64,000 nucleotides of DNA, taken from NCBI GenBank assembly GCA_963663235.2, contig CAXXNO010000004.1, positions 384,001 through 448,000 of the forward strand. Direction: 5' to 3'. Positions within the stretch are counted from its first letter, which is position 1; every line of letters begins with the position of its first letter. This document shows, one piece after another, positions 30,951-39,769 of the stretch. The notes under the pieces were generated by a model. The model searched no databases. It worked only from the letters and a program-made list of their open reading frames with translations, and was not told where the DNA came from. The translations under genes and the position numbers were made by a program. The stretch is from Dehalococcoidia bacterium. GTDB taxonomy: Bacteria; Chloroflexota; Dehalococcoidia; Bin125.

Positions 30951-31025
30951 CGGTAGTTTCGATCCGGGATCGCTCTGCGGCGACCGGACCGCGGGAGGCA
31001 GTATCTCATCCGCCGCTGATGCCGG

Positions 31026-33506
31026 TCAATTCAGCGGGGAGGGCGGCGGCGCGGAGACGGTCGTGTCGCCGGACGTCAGGAGGGTCGGCGCGCCGCCGCC
31101 GCCGTAGACGAACTGGTACCAGGCGTAGTTCTCCAGCACCAACTGGATGTAGAGGCGCGTCTCGGCGAACGTGACCAACTCATAGAAGAGGTCGGCGTCG
31201 ATCGTGGCGTCGCCGCCCGACCAGCGCGCGGCGGTGCCAGGGCCGGCGTTGTACGCCGCCAGCGCGAGCGTCGTGGCGCCGTCGAAGAGGTCGAGTTGGC
31301 CCGCGAGGTAAAAGGCGCCGTAGCGGATGGCGCGCTGCGGCCGGAACAGCGAGGCGGGGTCGAAGGCGATCTCGCCCAGCGCGATCGCGATGTCGGCCCC
31401 GGTCGGCGCGATCACTTGGGTGAGCCCCAGCGCGCCGGCGGGAGATCCGGCATCCGGGTTGAAGCGGCTCTCCTGGCGGATCAGGGCGTAGAGGAGCAGG
31501 TCATCGAGGCCCCGCTCGGCGGCCTCGCGCTGGGCGAGCGCAGGCCAGCCGCGGGGGTAAGCCCAGCGAAGGATCTCCAGGGGGGCGGCGGGCCGATCAG
31601 CCGGCGCGAGATTGTCCAGCAGGACGGCAGCCGCCTCCAGGCGCAGGTGCGTCAGCGCGAGCCGGTCCAGGTCACGGCCGAGGCGGTACAGCAGCCAGGG
31701 GTCGTGCCGGTTGGCGTCGATGACGGCGGCGAAGCGGGCGTCCGCCTCCGCGCGCATCCCCGCGCCGGCCAGTTCGCGCGCGGCGCGCAGGTCAAGGCTC
31801 GCATCCAGGGTTGCCCAGCGGGCCGCGGGCTCCGGTCCCACCGTGGACTTGAGCCAGGCGACGGTGACGGCCGGATCGACGGGGGCCGGATCGGGACGGG
31901 AGGCGAAGCTCTGTGCGGTCACGCGAGGCGCAGCGGGATCGCCCGCCAGCAGGGCCTGGGCGCGCAGGCCGTAGAGCGAGAGCGGGTCCAGCGCGACGGC
32001 GCGCTGGTAGGCCTCGGCGGCGGGCTGGCCCAGGCGCTCCAGCGTCTTGCCGCTCCAGAGCCAGGCGCGCTGGGCGTCGGCCGTGGCGCTCTCCGTGCTG
32101 AGGGCGGTGAAGGCGGCTTCGGCCGCGATGTGGTCACCGAGCAGGAAGCGGTCGAGCGTGGCCAGGAAGCGAGCCCGCGGGGCGAAGTGAGAGGTGGGGC
32201 GCTGCTCCGCGAGGCGATCGTAGATCAGGCTTGAGAAGGAGAGCTGCCCCTCCTCCTCCAGCAGGCGGGCAGCCCACCAGAGCGCGTCGTCGGCGAAGGT
32301 GCCCGTCGGGTCCACCGCCGCGGCCGCTAGGTAGCCCGAGACGGCCTCGCCGCCGGCGCCGCGGTCCTCGTCGATGGCGGCGCGGTAGTAGCGCGCCACG
32401 GCCCACTCCTGCGGGGGCGGCTCTTGCGCCAAGAAGGCGTCCAGGGTGGCGGCCGCGTCGTCATAGCGGAACTGGCGGTAGAGGAAGACACCGCGCGTGA
32501 TGGGGTCGATGGGGACGGCGCGCTCATCGAGTCCGGCGTGGGCCTCAGCGGCCCGCCAGTGCCACGGGTACTCACGCAGCAGCCGCAGCCAGGCCGTTTC
32601 CGCGGCCTCGACGTCACCCGTCAGCCAGGCGACGGCGCCGAGGCGGTGGAGGGCCAGCGCGCGATGCGAATCCGACGGCGCCTCGACAAGGAGCCGTTCG
32701 TAGTGAGCGGCCGCCTGGGGGTACTGCTCCTGCGCTTCGAGACGGGCGCCGAGCTGCGCGCGGGCCGCGGCGCGTTCGACGGGCGTGGCGTTGAGGTCCG
32801 CAAGGACGGCGTCGAGGTCGGCTTGAGCGGCGGTCGCGGCGCCGGTGCGCGCGAGCAGATCGGCCCGCAGGAGGCGCACGGCGGCCCCGGCGGCGCCGCC
32901 GCCTTGGAGGTAGCGGCCGTAGGCGGCGACAGCGACCGCGATCTCGCCGAGTCCCGTGGTGGCACGCGCTTCGAGCAGGTCCAGGCTGCGAAGGGCGGTG
33001 GGGGTCGCCGCGTCGCGCTGGACCGTCTCGACTAACGCAGCGGCATCGCCGTAGCGCTCAAGCCGGAGGAGGAGGCGGGCCTGGGCGAGTTGGGCGTCCA
33101 GGAGCGCCTCCCGTGGCAAGGCGGCGCCCAAGCCGCCGTCCAGCACCGCGGCGCGTTCGACCAGCGCGGCTTCCCAGTAGCCGTCGTGCTCCAGGGCGGC
33201 GGCTTGGGCGAGGAAGGCCTGGGCGGTGTCGACGGCGTCGCGATGGGGGGCCGGGGTGTCGACGGCCTGGGCCTGCGCTTGGGCCTGCGCTTGCGCGTCG
33301 GGCGCGGGCGGTGCGAGGGCGGGCGGTGCGAGGGCGGGCGGATCGCCGTCGTCCCCGCAGGCGGCCAGGACGCTCGCTGCCACGATCAGCAGGAGGGCGA
33401 TGCGGGGAGGGCCGCGACGGCACGGGCGCGCGCGTGCCCGGAGTGAAGCCGATACGCGGGCCAGTGGTTGCGCGATGGCGTGCTCCGGTCCGCAGAGCGC
33501 CCACAC
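31026..33506 (-). CDS. TPR-repeat lipoprotein with C-terminal soluble lytic transglycosylase (SLT) domain
   Basis: Lipobox VLAACG, helical TPR-like repeats, SLT motifs IRQESRF, GALGLTQV, ALAAYNAG, ETRLY. Start uncertain. Confidence 0.88.
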   Translation of the reverse strand: MWALCGPEHAIAQPLARVSASLRARARPCRRGPPRIALLLIVAASVLAACGDDGDPPALAPPALAPPAPDAQAQAQAQAQAVDTPAPHRDAVDTAQAFLAQAAALEHDGYWEAALVERAAVLDGGLGAALPREALLDAQLAQARLLLRLERYGDAAALVETVQRDAATPTALRSLDLLEARATTGLGEIAVAVAAYGRYLQGGGAAGAAVRLLRADLLARTGAATAAQADLDAVLADLNATPVERAAARAQLGARLEAQEQYPQAAAHYERLLVEAPSDSHRALALHRLGAVAWLTGDVEAAETAWLRLLREYPWHWRAAEAHAGLDERAVPIDPITRGVFLYRQFRYDDAAATLDAFLAQEPPPQEWAVARYYRAAIDEDRGAGGEAVSGYLAAAAVDPTGTFADDALWWAARLLEEEGQLSFSSLIYDRLAEQRPTSHFAPRARFLATLDRFLLGDHIAAEAAFTALSTESATADAQRAWLWSGKTLERLGQPAAEAYQRAVALDPLSLYGLRAQALLAGDPAAPRVTAQSFASRPDPAPVDPAVTVAWLKSTVGPEPAARWATLDASLDLRAARELAGAGMRAEADARFAAVIDANRHDPWLLYRLGRDLDRLALTHLRLEAAAVLLDNLAPADRPAAPLEILRWAYPRGWPALAQREAAERGLDDLLLYALIRQESRFNPDAGSPAGALGLTQVIAPTGADIAIALGEIAFDPASLFRPQRAIRYGAFYLAGQLDLFDGATTLALAAYNAGPGTAARWSGGDATIDADLFYELVTFAETRLYIQLVLENYAWYQFVYGGGGAPTLLTSGDTTVSAPPPSPLN

Positions 33507-33639
33507 GTACGATATTGAGGGCGCAGACGGCTGTCCACGACAGCCCGGGCGGTCATATAGTTCGTGTATGAACTACTGTGATCCGGCGGCGGTGAAGGCG
33601 GTTGCCCGCGCGCGGGCGCCTGTCTACGATGGCCGGACC

Positions 33640-34251
33640 ATGCGACGTCCGAGAGCGAACCTGCCCCCCGCGGCCTTGGCGGCTTGGGCTGTGGCGGCGG
33701 CGGCCATCATGCTCGTGCTCACGGCGCCCACGCCGGCGGCCGCTATCGAGCCGATCGAGACGGACCCCCCGGCCGACTCCGTGCTGGGCGAAGAGCCGGA
33801 AGTCATTCGAATCACCTTCGACGAGCCGCTGCTGCTGGAAGCCGGGGCGAACCGGGCGACGCTCGTGGATGCCGATGGCAACCCCGTCCCCAGCCGCGCC
33901 GCCGGGCTGGCCGCCTACAGCCCCCGCACACTCTTGCTGCACCCGGGCCCGGCGTTGCCCGAGGACGGCGCGGTGTCCGTGCGCTGGTCCGTGCGATCCG
34001 CGGCGACCGGGGAGCAGAGCAGTGGAAGCTTTTCCTTCGCGCTGCTGACTGCGCCGGGAGCGGAGGGCGAGTTCGAAGCGGCGGCTCCGCTGGTCGATCC
34101 GCGAGAAGAGGAGCGCAGCCCCCAGTCGATCGTGCTGTGGACCGTGGGCATCGTCCTGGGAGTCGCGTTGGCGATGACGGCGCTGTATTTCCTGCGCCGC
34201 GAGATGGGGCTGGGCGAGAGCAGTCTGGAATCCGAAGAGGAGGCGCACTAG
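33640..34251 (+). CDS. CopC-like Ig-fold protein with C-terminal TM anchor
   Basis: Signal peptide, then ETDPPADSVL..PEVIRITFDEPL...VRWSVRS....SGSFSF (CopC scaffold), then a TM helix. Confidence 0.7.
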   Translation: MRRPRANLPPAALAAWAVAAAAIMLVLTAPTPAAAIEPIETDPPADSVLGEEPEVIRITFDEPLLLEAGANRATLVDADGNPVPSRAAGLAAYSPRTLLLHPGPALPEDGAVSVRWSVRSAATGEQSSGSFSFALLTAPGAEGEFEAAAPLVDPREEERSPQSIVLWTVGIVLGVALAMTALYFLRREMGLGESSLESEEEAH

Positions 34252-35009
34252 CGCGCCGCAGCCGGGCTGCCGCGATCCTCGAACTCCTCCTCCTCGTCTT
34301 CGGTTTCGCCGGGCGGCCCCACCTGGGGGAGCGTGGCGGTGGCGGCGCCCGCGGGCGCCGGACGCGAGTGCCGGGGCAGCGAGGTGATGCGGTCGCGCAG
34401 CGTCTGCACCTGCTCCGCCGGGGGCCGATCCAAGATCAGCAGGACCACTCCCGAGTCGCGCAGCGCCTCGATCGAGCCCGCAGAGAGATCCGCGTGCACG
34501 GGTACAGCGAGTGGAGCGCCCGTGCCGGCGGCGATCTGGCGTAGCTCGAGAATTTGGCGGAGCGGGATGGTCGAGGGAAGCGGCGGCACGACGACGGCGA
34601 CCGGCCGCAGCGTTCCGATGGCCTTGAGCACGGCCTCCGCCGGCAAGTCGTCGAGGCGCACGACGTAGTCCAGTTCGGGGGCGACCAGGCCGTCGGCCGT
34701 CACGTTGTCCAGCCCCACCAGGACGAAATCCACGCCCGCCTCCTGGGCGGTCATCGCTCCGGTCTGGGACAGCGCCGTCGCAGCGATGCCGAGCGGGATA
34801 TCAGCGGCGGCTTCGACGGCCGACTGCAGGGCCGCGCGGTCGGCGGGGTCGGCGGCGCGGATGAGGACATCGGCGCCGTGGGCGGCGTCGCCGGCCGCGG
34901 CGATGAGCAGGCCGCGGTCGGAGGGCGCCTGGGGGTCGCGCGTGCCGAAGCCGATGGGGCGGTCGCTGCGCAGTTTGGCGAGGCGAATGCGGTCCGCCAG
35001 CTTGCCCAC
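34248..35009 (-). CDS. Hypothetical protein (possible alpha/beta barrel)
   Basis: Protein-like composition, GGAAGGA RBS before GTG at 35009, alternating beta/alpha pattern. No diagnostic motif. Confidence 0.6.
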   Translation of the reverse strand: MGKLADRIRLAKLRSDRPIGFGTRDPQAPSDRGLLIAAAGDAAHGADVLIRAADPADRAALQSAVEAAADIPLGIAATALSQTGAMTAQEAGVDFVLVGLDNVTADGLVAPELDYVVRLDDLPAEAVLKAIGTLRPVAVVVPPLPSTIPLRQILELRQIAAGTGAPLAVPVHADLSAGSIEALRDSGVVLLILDRPPAEQVQTLRDRITSLPRHSRPAPAGAATATLPQVGPPGETEDEEEEFEDRGSPAAAR

Positions 35010-35171
35010 GGAGAGTTCCTTCCGTTCCCGGGACGGCGTGGAGTGTCGCCGCGTGGAGCGATCGTATGAAGCGGGCGCGAGCACGGTCAAACGTCGGCGG
35101 GCGCGGAGCGCGAGAAGGTCGACGGCGGGCGGGGGCTGCGCTAGGGTCGCAGGCGGAGTCGGGCCGGGTCC

Positions 35172-35609
35172 GTGGAGGGTGCGGTGGATTGGGTCACGCA
35201 GCCGTGGGGTGTCGAGAACCTGGAGTGGGCGGCGGTGCCGCTGCGCATTGGCCTGGGAGTGATCTTCGTCGATGCCGGTTTCTCGAAGTGGCGCGGCGGC
35301 ATCCGAGGGACGGGCGAGTGGATGGGGGGGCTCGGGATCCCCTTCCCCCATCTGGCGGCTCCCGGCGTGGCGACGCTGGAAGTTGTCGGCGGGCTGCTCC
35401 TGCTGATGGGGGTCCTGGTGCCCTGGGTGGCGATCCCCCTGGCGCTGAACATGCTGGGGGCGACGGTCCTTTCGAAGTTTCGCATGGGCCTGTCGTTCCG
35501 GGGCGGTGAAGCGCAGGGCTACGAGTTGAACGTCATCCTGGTGCTCGCCTTGGTCGCGCTGATCTTTCTGGGGGCCGGCCCGCTCTCGCTGGACCGCCTG
35601 TACGACTAG
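35172..35609 (+). CDS. DoxX-family membrane protein
   Basis: LRIGLGVIF..AGFSK, EVVGGLLLLMG, GYELN, GAGPLSLD. Confidence 0.88.
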   Translation: MEGAVDWVTQPWGVENLEWAAVPLRIGLGVIFVDAGFSKWRGGIRGTGEWMGGLGIPFPHLAAPGVATLEVVGGLLLLMGVLVPWVAIPLALNMLGATVLSKFRMGLSFRGGEAQGYELNVILVLALVALIFLGAGPLSLDRLYD

Positions 35610-35653
35610 ACCGCTGCCGGCAACCGGCCGCGGCAGGCAAAGGAGTGACGATC

Positions 35654-36577
35654 ATGGGTCAACTGGACGGTCGAGTAGTGATCATCACCGGGGCCGGACG
35701 CGGGATCGGCGCATCGCTGGCGCGCGTGATGGCCGGTGAAGGTGCGCGGGTGGTGGTCAACGACCTCGGCGGCGCCGTCGACGGGGCGGGCGCGGACAAG
35801 GCTCCGGCCTCCGAGGTGGTGGACCAGATCCGCGCCGACGGCGGCACGGCGGTGGCGAACTTCGGCAGCGTGGCGGACAACCATGACGCCGAACAGATGG
35901 TCACCCAGGCGCTCAAGGAATACGGGCGGCTGGACGTATTGATCAACGTGGCGGGCATCCTGCGCGACCGCATGATCTTCAACATGACGGAAGAGGAGTG
36001 GGACGCGGTCATCGCCGTGCATCTCAAGGGCACCTACAACACCACCCGCTACGCCGCCATCCACTGGCGGCAGGCGCGGGAGGGACATTACCGTCTGATC
36101 AACTTCTCCTCGGTCTCGGGGCTGCACGGCTCCCCCGGGCAGCCCAACTACGCGGCGGCCAAGATGGGCATCGTGGGCCTGACGTGGTCGTGCGCCAACG
36201 GGCTGGCGCGCTACGGCGTCACCGCCAACGCCATCGCGCCGTCGGCGGCGACGCGCATGCTCCAGGACATCCCCACGGACCGGCAGGGAACGACGATGCA
36301 GAACCCCGCGGACGACCCGCAACGCTCGCCGGACAACATGGCGCCGCCGATCGTCTATCTGGCGAGCACCGCGTCCGACTGGCTCAGCGGGCGGGTCATC
36401 GGTATCCGGGGCTACAAGATCCAACTCTACTCGAACCCGATGATCGAGCGGGAGATGATCTCGCAGGAGCCCTGGTCGGTCGATGAATGCTGCGCGGAGA
36501 TGGAGGGGGCATTCCGATCGGCAGTGGGGGGTGGTCCGGTGTTCGTCTGGGCCGGGCTCGATCCGCAGATCGTCTAG
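35654..36577 (+). CDS. Short-chain dehydrogenase/reductase
   Basis: TGAGRGIG, VVVNDLG, NVAGILRD, YAAAK. Confidence 0.92.
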   Translation: MGQLDGRVVIITGAGRGIGASLARVMAGEGARVVVNDLGGAVDGAGADKAPASEVVDQIRADGGTAVANFGSVADNHDAEQMVTQALKEYGRLDVLINVAGILRDRMIFNMTEEEWDAVIAVHLKGTYNTTRYAAIHWRQAREGHYRLINFSSVSGLHGSPGQPNYAAAKMGIVGLTWSCANGLARYGVTANAIAPSAATRMLQDIPTDRQGTTMQNPADDPQRSPDNMAPPIVYLASTASDWLSGRVIGIRGYKIQLYSNPMIEREMISQEPWSVDECCAEMEGAFRSAVGGGPVFVWAGLDPQIV

Positions 36578-36602
36578 GCGCGGGTTTCGGCACGGGGGCG
36601 CC

Positions 36603-37796
36603 ATGGCTACACAGCAGCGCGACGCCGCGATCGTGGGGATCTACGAGTACCCGCGTCGCAAGGTGGACGGGCTCAGCGCGCTCCAGATCCGGGCGGAGTG
36701 CGCCGCCCGGGCGCTGGAGGACGCCGGGCTGACCTGGAGCGACGTAGACGCTCTCTACGACGCCGCCGACCCGGCGCGCTGGGGGGCCGCGAATTTCGCC
36801 GAATACCTGCAACTGAAGCCGGGGATCATCGACACCACGGACGTCGGCGGGAGCTCCTACGAGTTCCATGCCGCGCACGCGAAGCAGGCGATCGCCGCCG
36901 GTAAGACGCGGGTGGCGTTGCTGACCTACGGGTCGACCTCGCACAGCAGCGCCTGGGCCATCGGGACCGGTGCGCGGGAGCCATCGGGACCGCCGACGCC
37001 GTGGGAGAGCATGGAGGCGCCCTGGGGGCTGACGCTGATCGCGAACTATGGCCTGGTCGCGCAGCGCCACCAGTTCGAATACGGCACACGGCCCGAGCAG
37101 TTGGCGGCCATCTCCGTGACGACGCGGGCGCACGCGATGCGCAACCCCGAGGCCGTGCAGGCGATGAAGGATCTGCAGTTCGAGGAGATCCGGGAGATCA
37201 CGGTGGAGGACGTCCTGGGGTCCCGCCTGATCGCGGATCCGATCCATCTGCTGGAGTGCTGCATGATCTCAGACGGCGGCGGCGCGGTGGTGATCGCATC
37301 GGCGGAGGTGGCGCGGGACTGCCGCCGGCCGCCGGTCTGGATCCTGGGGACCGGCGAGGCCACCAAGTATCCGGAGAACGGGGGCGACATCACGACCTCC
37401 GCGGCGGCTCAGTCAGGGCCCGTGGCCTTTGGGGAGGCGGGGGTGGGGCCCGCGGAGATCGATATCGCGATGCTCTACGACTCCTTCACCATCACGGTGC
37501 TGACGGCGCTGGAGGACCTGGGGTTCTGCCAGAAGGGCGAGGGTGGGGCGTTCGCGTCCGAGGATCGCCTGCGCTTCGACGCGCCGCTGCGACCGGCGCT
37601 GAACACGGACGGCGGGGGGCTTTCCTCCAACCATCCGGGAAAACGGGGGATGTTCCTCCTGATCGAGGCGACGCGGCAGCTGCGGGGGCAATCGAACTCG
37701 CAGGTTGAGGGAGCGGGCCTGGCCGTGGCGCACGGCAACGGCGGCGCGTTGGGCACGCAGCACAACGCGGCCACCGTGATCTTGGGGAGGGACTAG
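36603..37796 (+). CDS. Thiolase-superfamily protein (SCP-x/Ltp-like)
   Basis: VGGSSY, CCMISDGGGA, LYDSFT, EDLGFCQKGEGG, NTDGGGLS, EATRQLRG. Confidence 0.88.
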   Translation: MATQQRDAAIVGIYEYPRRKVDGLSALQIRAECAARALEDAGLTWSDVDALYDAADPARWGAANFAEYLQLKPGIIDTTDVGGSSYEFHAAHAKQAIAAGKTRVALLTYGSTSHSSAWAIGTGAREPSGPPTPWESMEAPWGLTLIANYGLVAQRHQFEYGTRPEQLAAISVTTRAHAMRNPEAVQAMKDLQFEEIREITVEDVLGSRLIADPIHLLECCMISDGGGAVVIASAEVARDCRRPPVWILGTGEATKYPENGGDITTSAAAQSGPVAFGEAGVGPAEIDIAMLYDSFTITVLTALEDLGFCQKGEGGAFASEDRLRFDAPLRPALNTDGGGLSSNHPGKRGMFLLIEATRQLRGQSNSQVEGAGLAVAHGNGGALGTQHNAATVILGRD

Positions 37797-37800
37797 AGCC

Positions 37801-38211
37801 ATGGCCGCGACACGACCGCTGCCTCGCTTGCCGGAGCCCGATACGCAGCCGTTCTGGGAAGCCACGCGCGGGCACGCACTGCGCTACCAGGCTTGTGAGC
37901 AGTGCGACGCGGTGATTTTCTATCCGCGCCGCCATTGCACGAAATGCTTGAGCCAAAGCCTGACCTGGCGCACGTCCAAGGGCGAGGGCACGCTGTACAC
38001 CTTCAGCGTGGTGCGGCTGAGCCGCCATCCGTTCTTCAAGGAGCGGCTGCCGTACGTGGTGGCCTGGGTGGACCTGGACGAGGGCTTCCGCCTCCTCTCG
38101 AACATCGTCGGGTTCGACGATCCCGCCCGCGACGTGCACATCGGCCAGCGGGTGCGCGTCGAGTGGGAGGACCACGAGACCCTGTCGCTGCCCCTGTTCC
38201 GCCCGCTGTAG
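37801..38211 (+). CDS. DUF35 Zn-ribbon/OB-fold protein
   Basis: PFWEA, CEQC...PRRHCTKC, GTLYTFSVV, PYVVAWVDLDEG. Confidence 0.9.
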   Translation: MAATRPLPRLPEPDTQPFWEATRGHALRYQACEQCDAVIFYPRRHCTKCLSQSLTWRTSKGEGTLYTFSVVRLSRHPFFKERLPYVVAWVDLDEGFRLLSNIVGFDDPARDVHIGQRVRVEWEDHETLSLPLFRPL

Positions 38212-38461
38212 TCCCCTCGGTGGTGAGCCCCCACCGGCGCGCGCGAGCGGGCGCGGTGAGACTCGTCGCGCCTCCACGCCCGGCGATCCGGCGGTGGCCG
38301 GGCGGTCGTGGGGGGCGGCGCTAGTTGCCGCTGGCCGTGGAAGGAATACGATCGAGGCTGATCGGCGCATCGCGGGGGAGCGGGCCAGCGTCGGTGGATT
38401 CCGGCGCGCCGGCGGCGCCGGGCGGGGACGCGCGCGGCTTCGCGGGTAGAGGGGGGCCGTG

Positions 38462-39763
38462 ATGGAGCTTCTGGACGAAGCCTACGAGCGAGCGTTGGAA
38501 TCGCTGCGGCGCAACGTGACCCCCATGGGCTTCACGGCCGCGCCGGGGGACGAACCGGCCAATGGAGAGCGCGCTCCACGCGCCGGGAGCTACGACGCCG
38601 TCTGGGCGCGGGACGGCGTGATCAGCGGGCTGTGGGCGCGCGCGACCGAAGATCGCGAGCTATCCGACTGTTCCCGGCGGACCCTGGAAACGCTGGCGGA
38701 GCATCAAACGCCCGGGGGGCAGATCCCTCTCAACGTTCACGTGCGCACCGGGCGCCCGGAGTATTCGGGCCTGGGCGGGATCTCGGGCGTGGACGCCGTG
38801 CTGTGGTTCGTGATCGGGGTGGCGCGCTACACATTCGATACGCAGGACCGCGCCTTCGGCGAGGCGCTGGCGCCCAACGTGGCCGCCGCCATGCAATGGC
38901 TGGAGGCGCACGACTCCAACAACGATACGTTGCTGGAGCTGCCGGAGGCCTCGGACTGGATGGACCTCTTCCCCCGCTCGTACAACGTGTTGTACGACGA
39001 AGTGCTCTGGTACCAGGCCTGCCAGGACTACGCGGCTCTGCTGGATGGTCTGGGGGGGGATGGTGGGGCTTGGCGGCGGTTCTCGGAGCGCGTGCGCGAC
39101 CGGGTCCTGGAGGTCTTCTGGCCCACCTATACGGAGGCGGAGTGGACGGCGCTGGGCAGCAGCGGCCGGCGCATCACCGGCGAGCCGCAGTACCTGCTGA
39201 GCTACGTCACGCCGTACGACTTCTCCTGGCGCTGCGACGTCTTCGCCAATCTTCTGGCGGCGCTCAGCGGCCTGCTGGACGACCCCAAACGCGCGCGGCT
39301 GTACAGCTTCCTGTGGGGCGTGGGCGTCGATCAGCCCTATCCGGTCCGCGTTCTCTACCCGCCGGTCCATTCCGGCGCCGAGGACTGGAAGGACTACTTC
39401 ATCCTGAATTTCCTCAACCTGCCGGATCATTACCACAACGGGGGCATCTGGCCGTTCATCGGAGGGCTCTGGGTGCGCTTCCTTTACACGTTGAGCCGCA
39501 CCGATCACGCCTATGAGCAACTGACGCGCCTGGCTGAGGCCTGCCGCCAGGGCGTCCACGGCGAGTGGGAGTTCAACGAGTGGCTGCACGGCCGCACCGG
39601 CCGGCCGATGGGCAAGGCGCACCAGGCCTGGAGCGCGGCCAGCTATCTCAAGGCGCACTTGGCGCTCCACGGTCACACGACCGTGGAGGACTTCCTGCCG
39701 TTGGTGCCGACGGAACTCAGCCCTACCCCAGCGGTCGCGAAGCCAGAGGGCGCCGCCGAGTAG
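38462..39763 (+). CDS. (alpha/alpha)6 glycoside hydrolase (invertase GH100-like / amylo-alpha-1,6-glucosidase-like)
   Basis: YDAVWARDG, GQIP, DWMD, YHNGGIWPF, FNEWLHG, QAWSAA. Confidence 0.8.
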   Translation: MELLDEAYERALESLRRNVTPMGFTAAPGDEPANGERAPRAGSYDAVWARDGVISGLWARATEDRELSDCSRRTLETLAEHQTPGGQIPLNVHVRTGRPEYSGLGGISGVDAVLWFVIGVARYTFDTQDRAFGEALAPNVAAAMQWLEAHDSNNDTLLELPEASDWMDLFPRSYNVLYDEVLWYQACQDYAALLDGLGGDGGAWRRFSERVRDRVLEVFWPTYTEAEWTALGSSGRRITGEPQYLLSYVTPYDFSWRCDVFANLLAALSGLLDDPKRARLYSFLWGVGVDQPYPVRVLYPPVHSGAEDWKDYFILNFLNLPDHYHNGGIWPFIGGLWVRFLYTLSRTDHAYEQLTRLAEACRQGVHGEWEFNEWLHGRTGRPMGKAHQAWSAASYLKAHLALHGHTTVEDFLPLVPTELSPTPAVAKPEGAAE

Positions 39764-39769
39764 GGGCGT

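Noticed and set aside
30951-31025. oriC upstream of rpmH
   Set aside because: Only 75 bp, GC-rich, with no TTATCCACA boxes and no dnaA.
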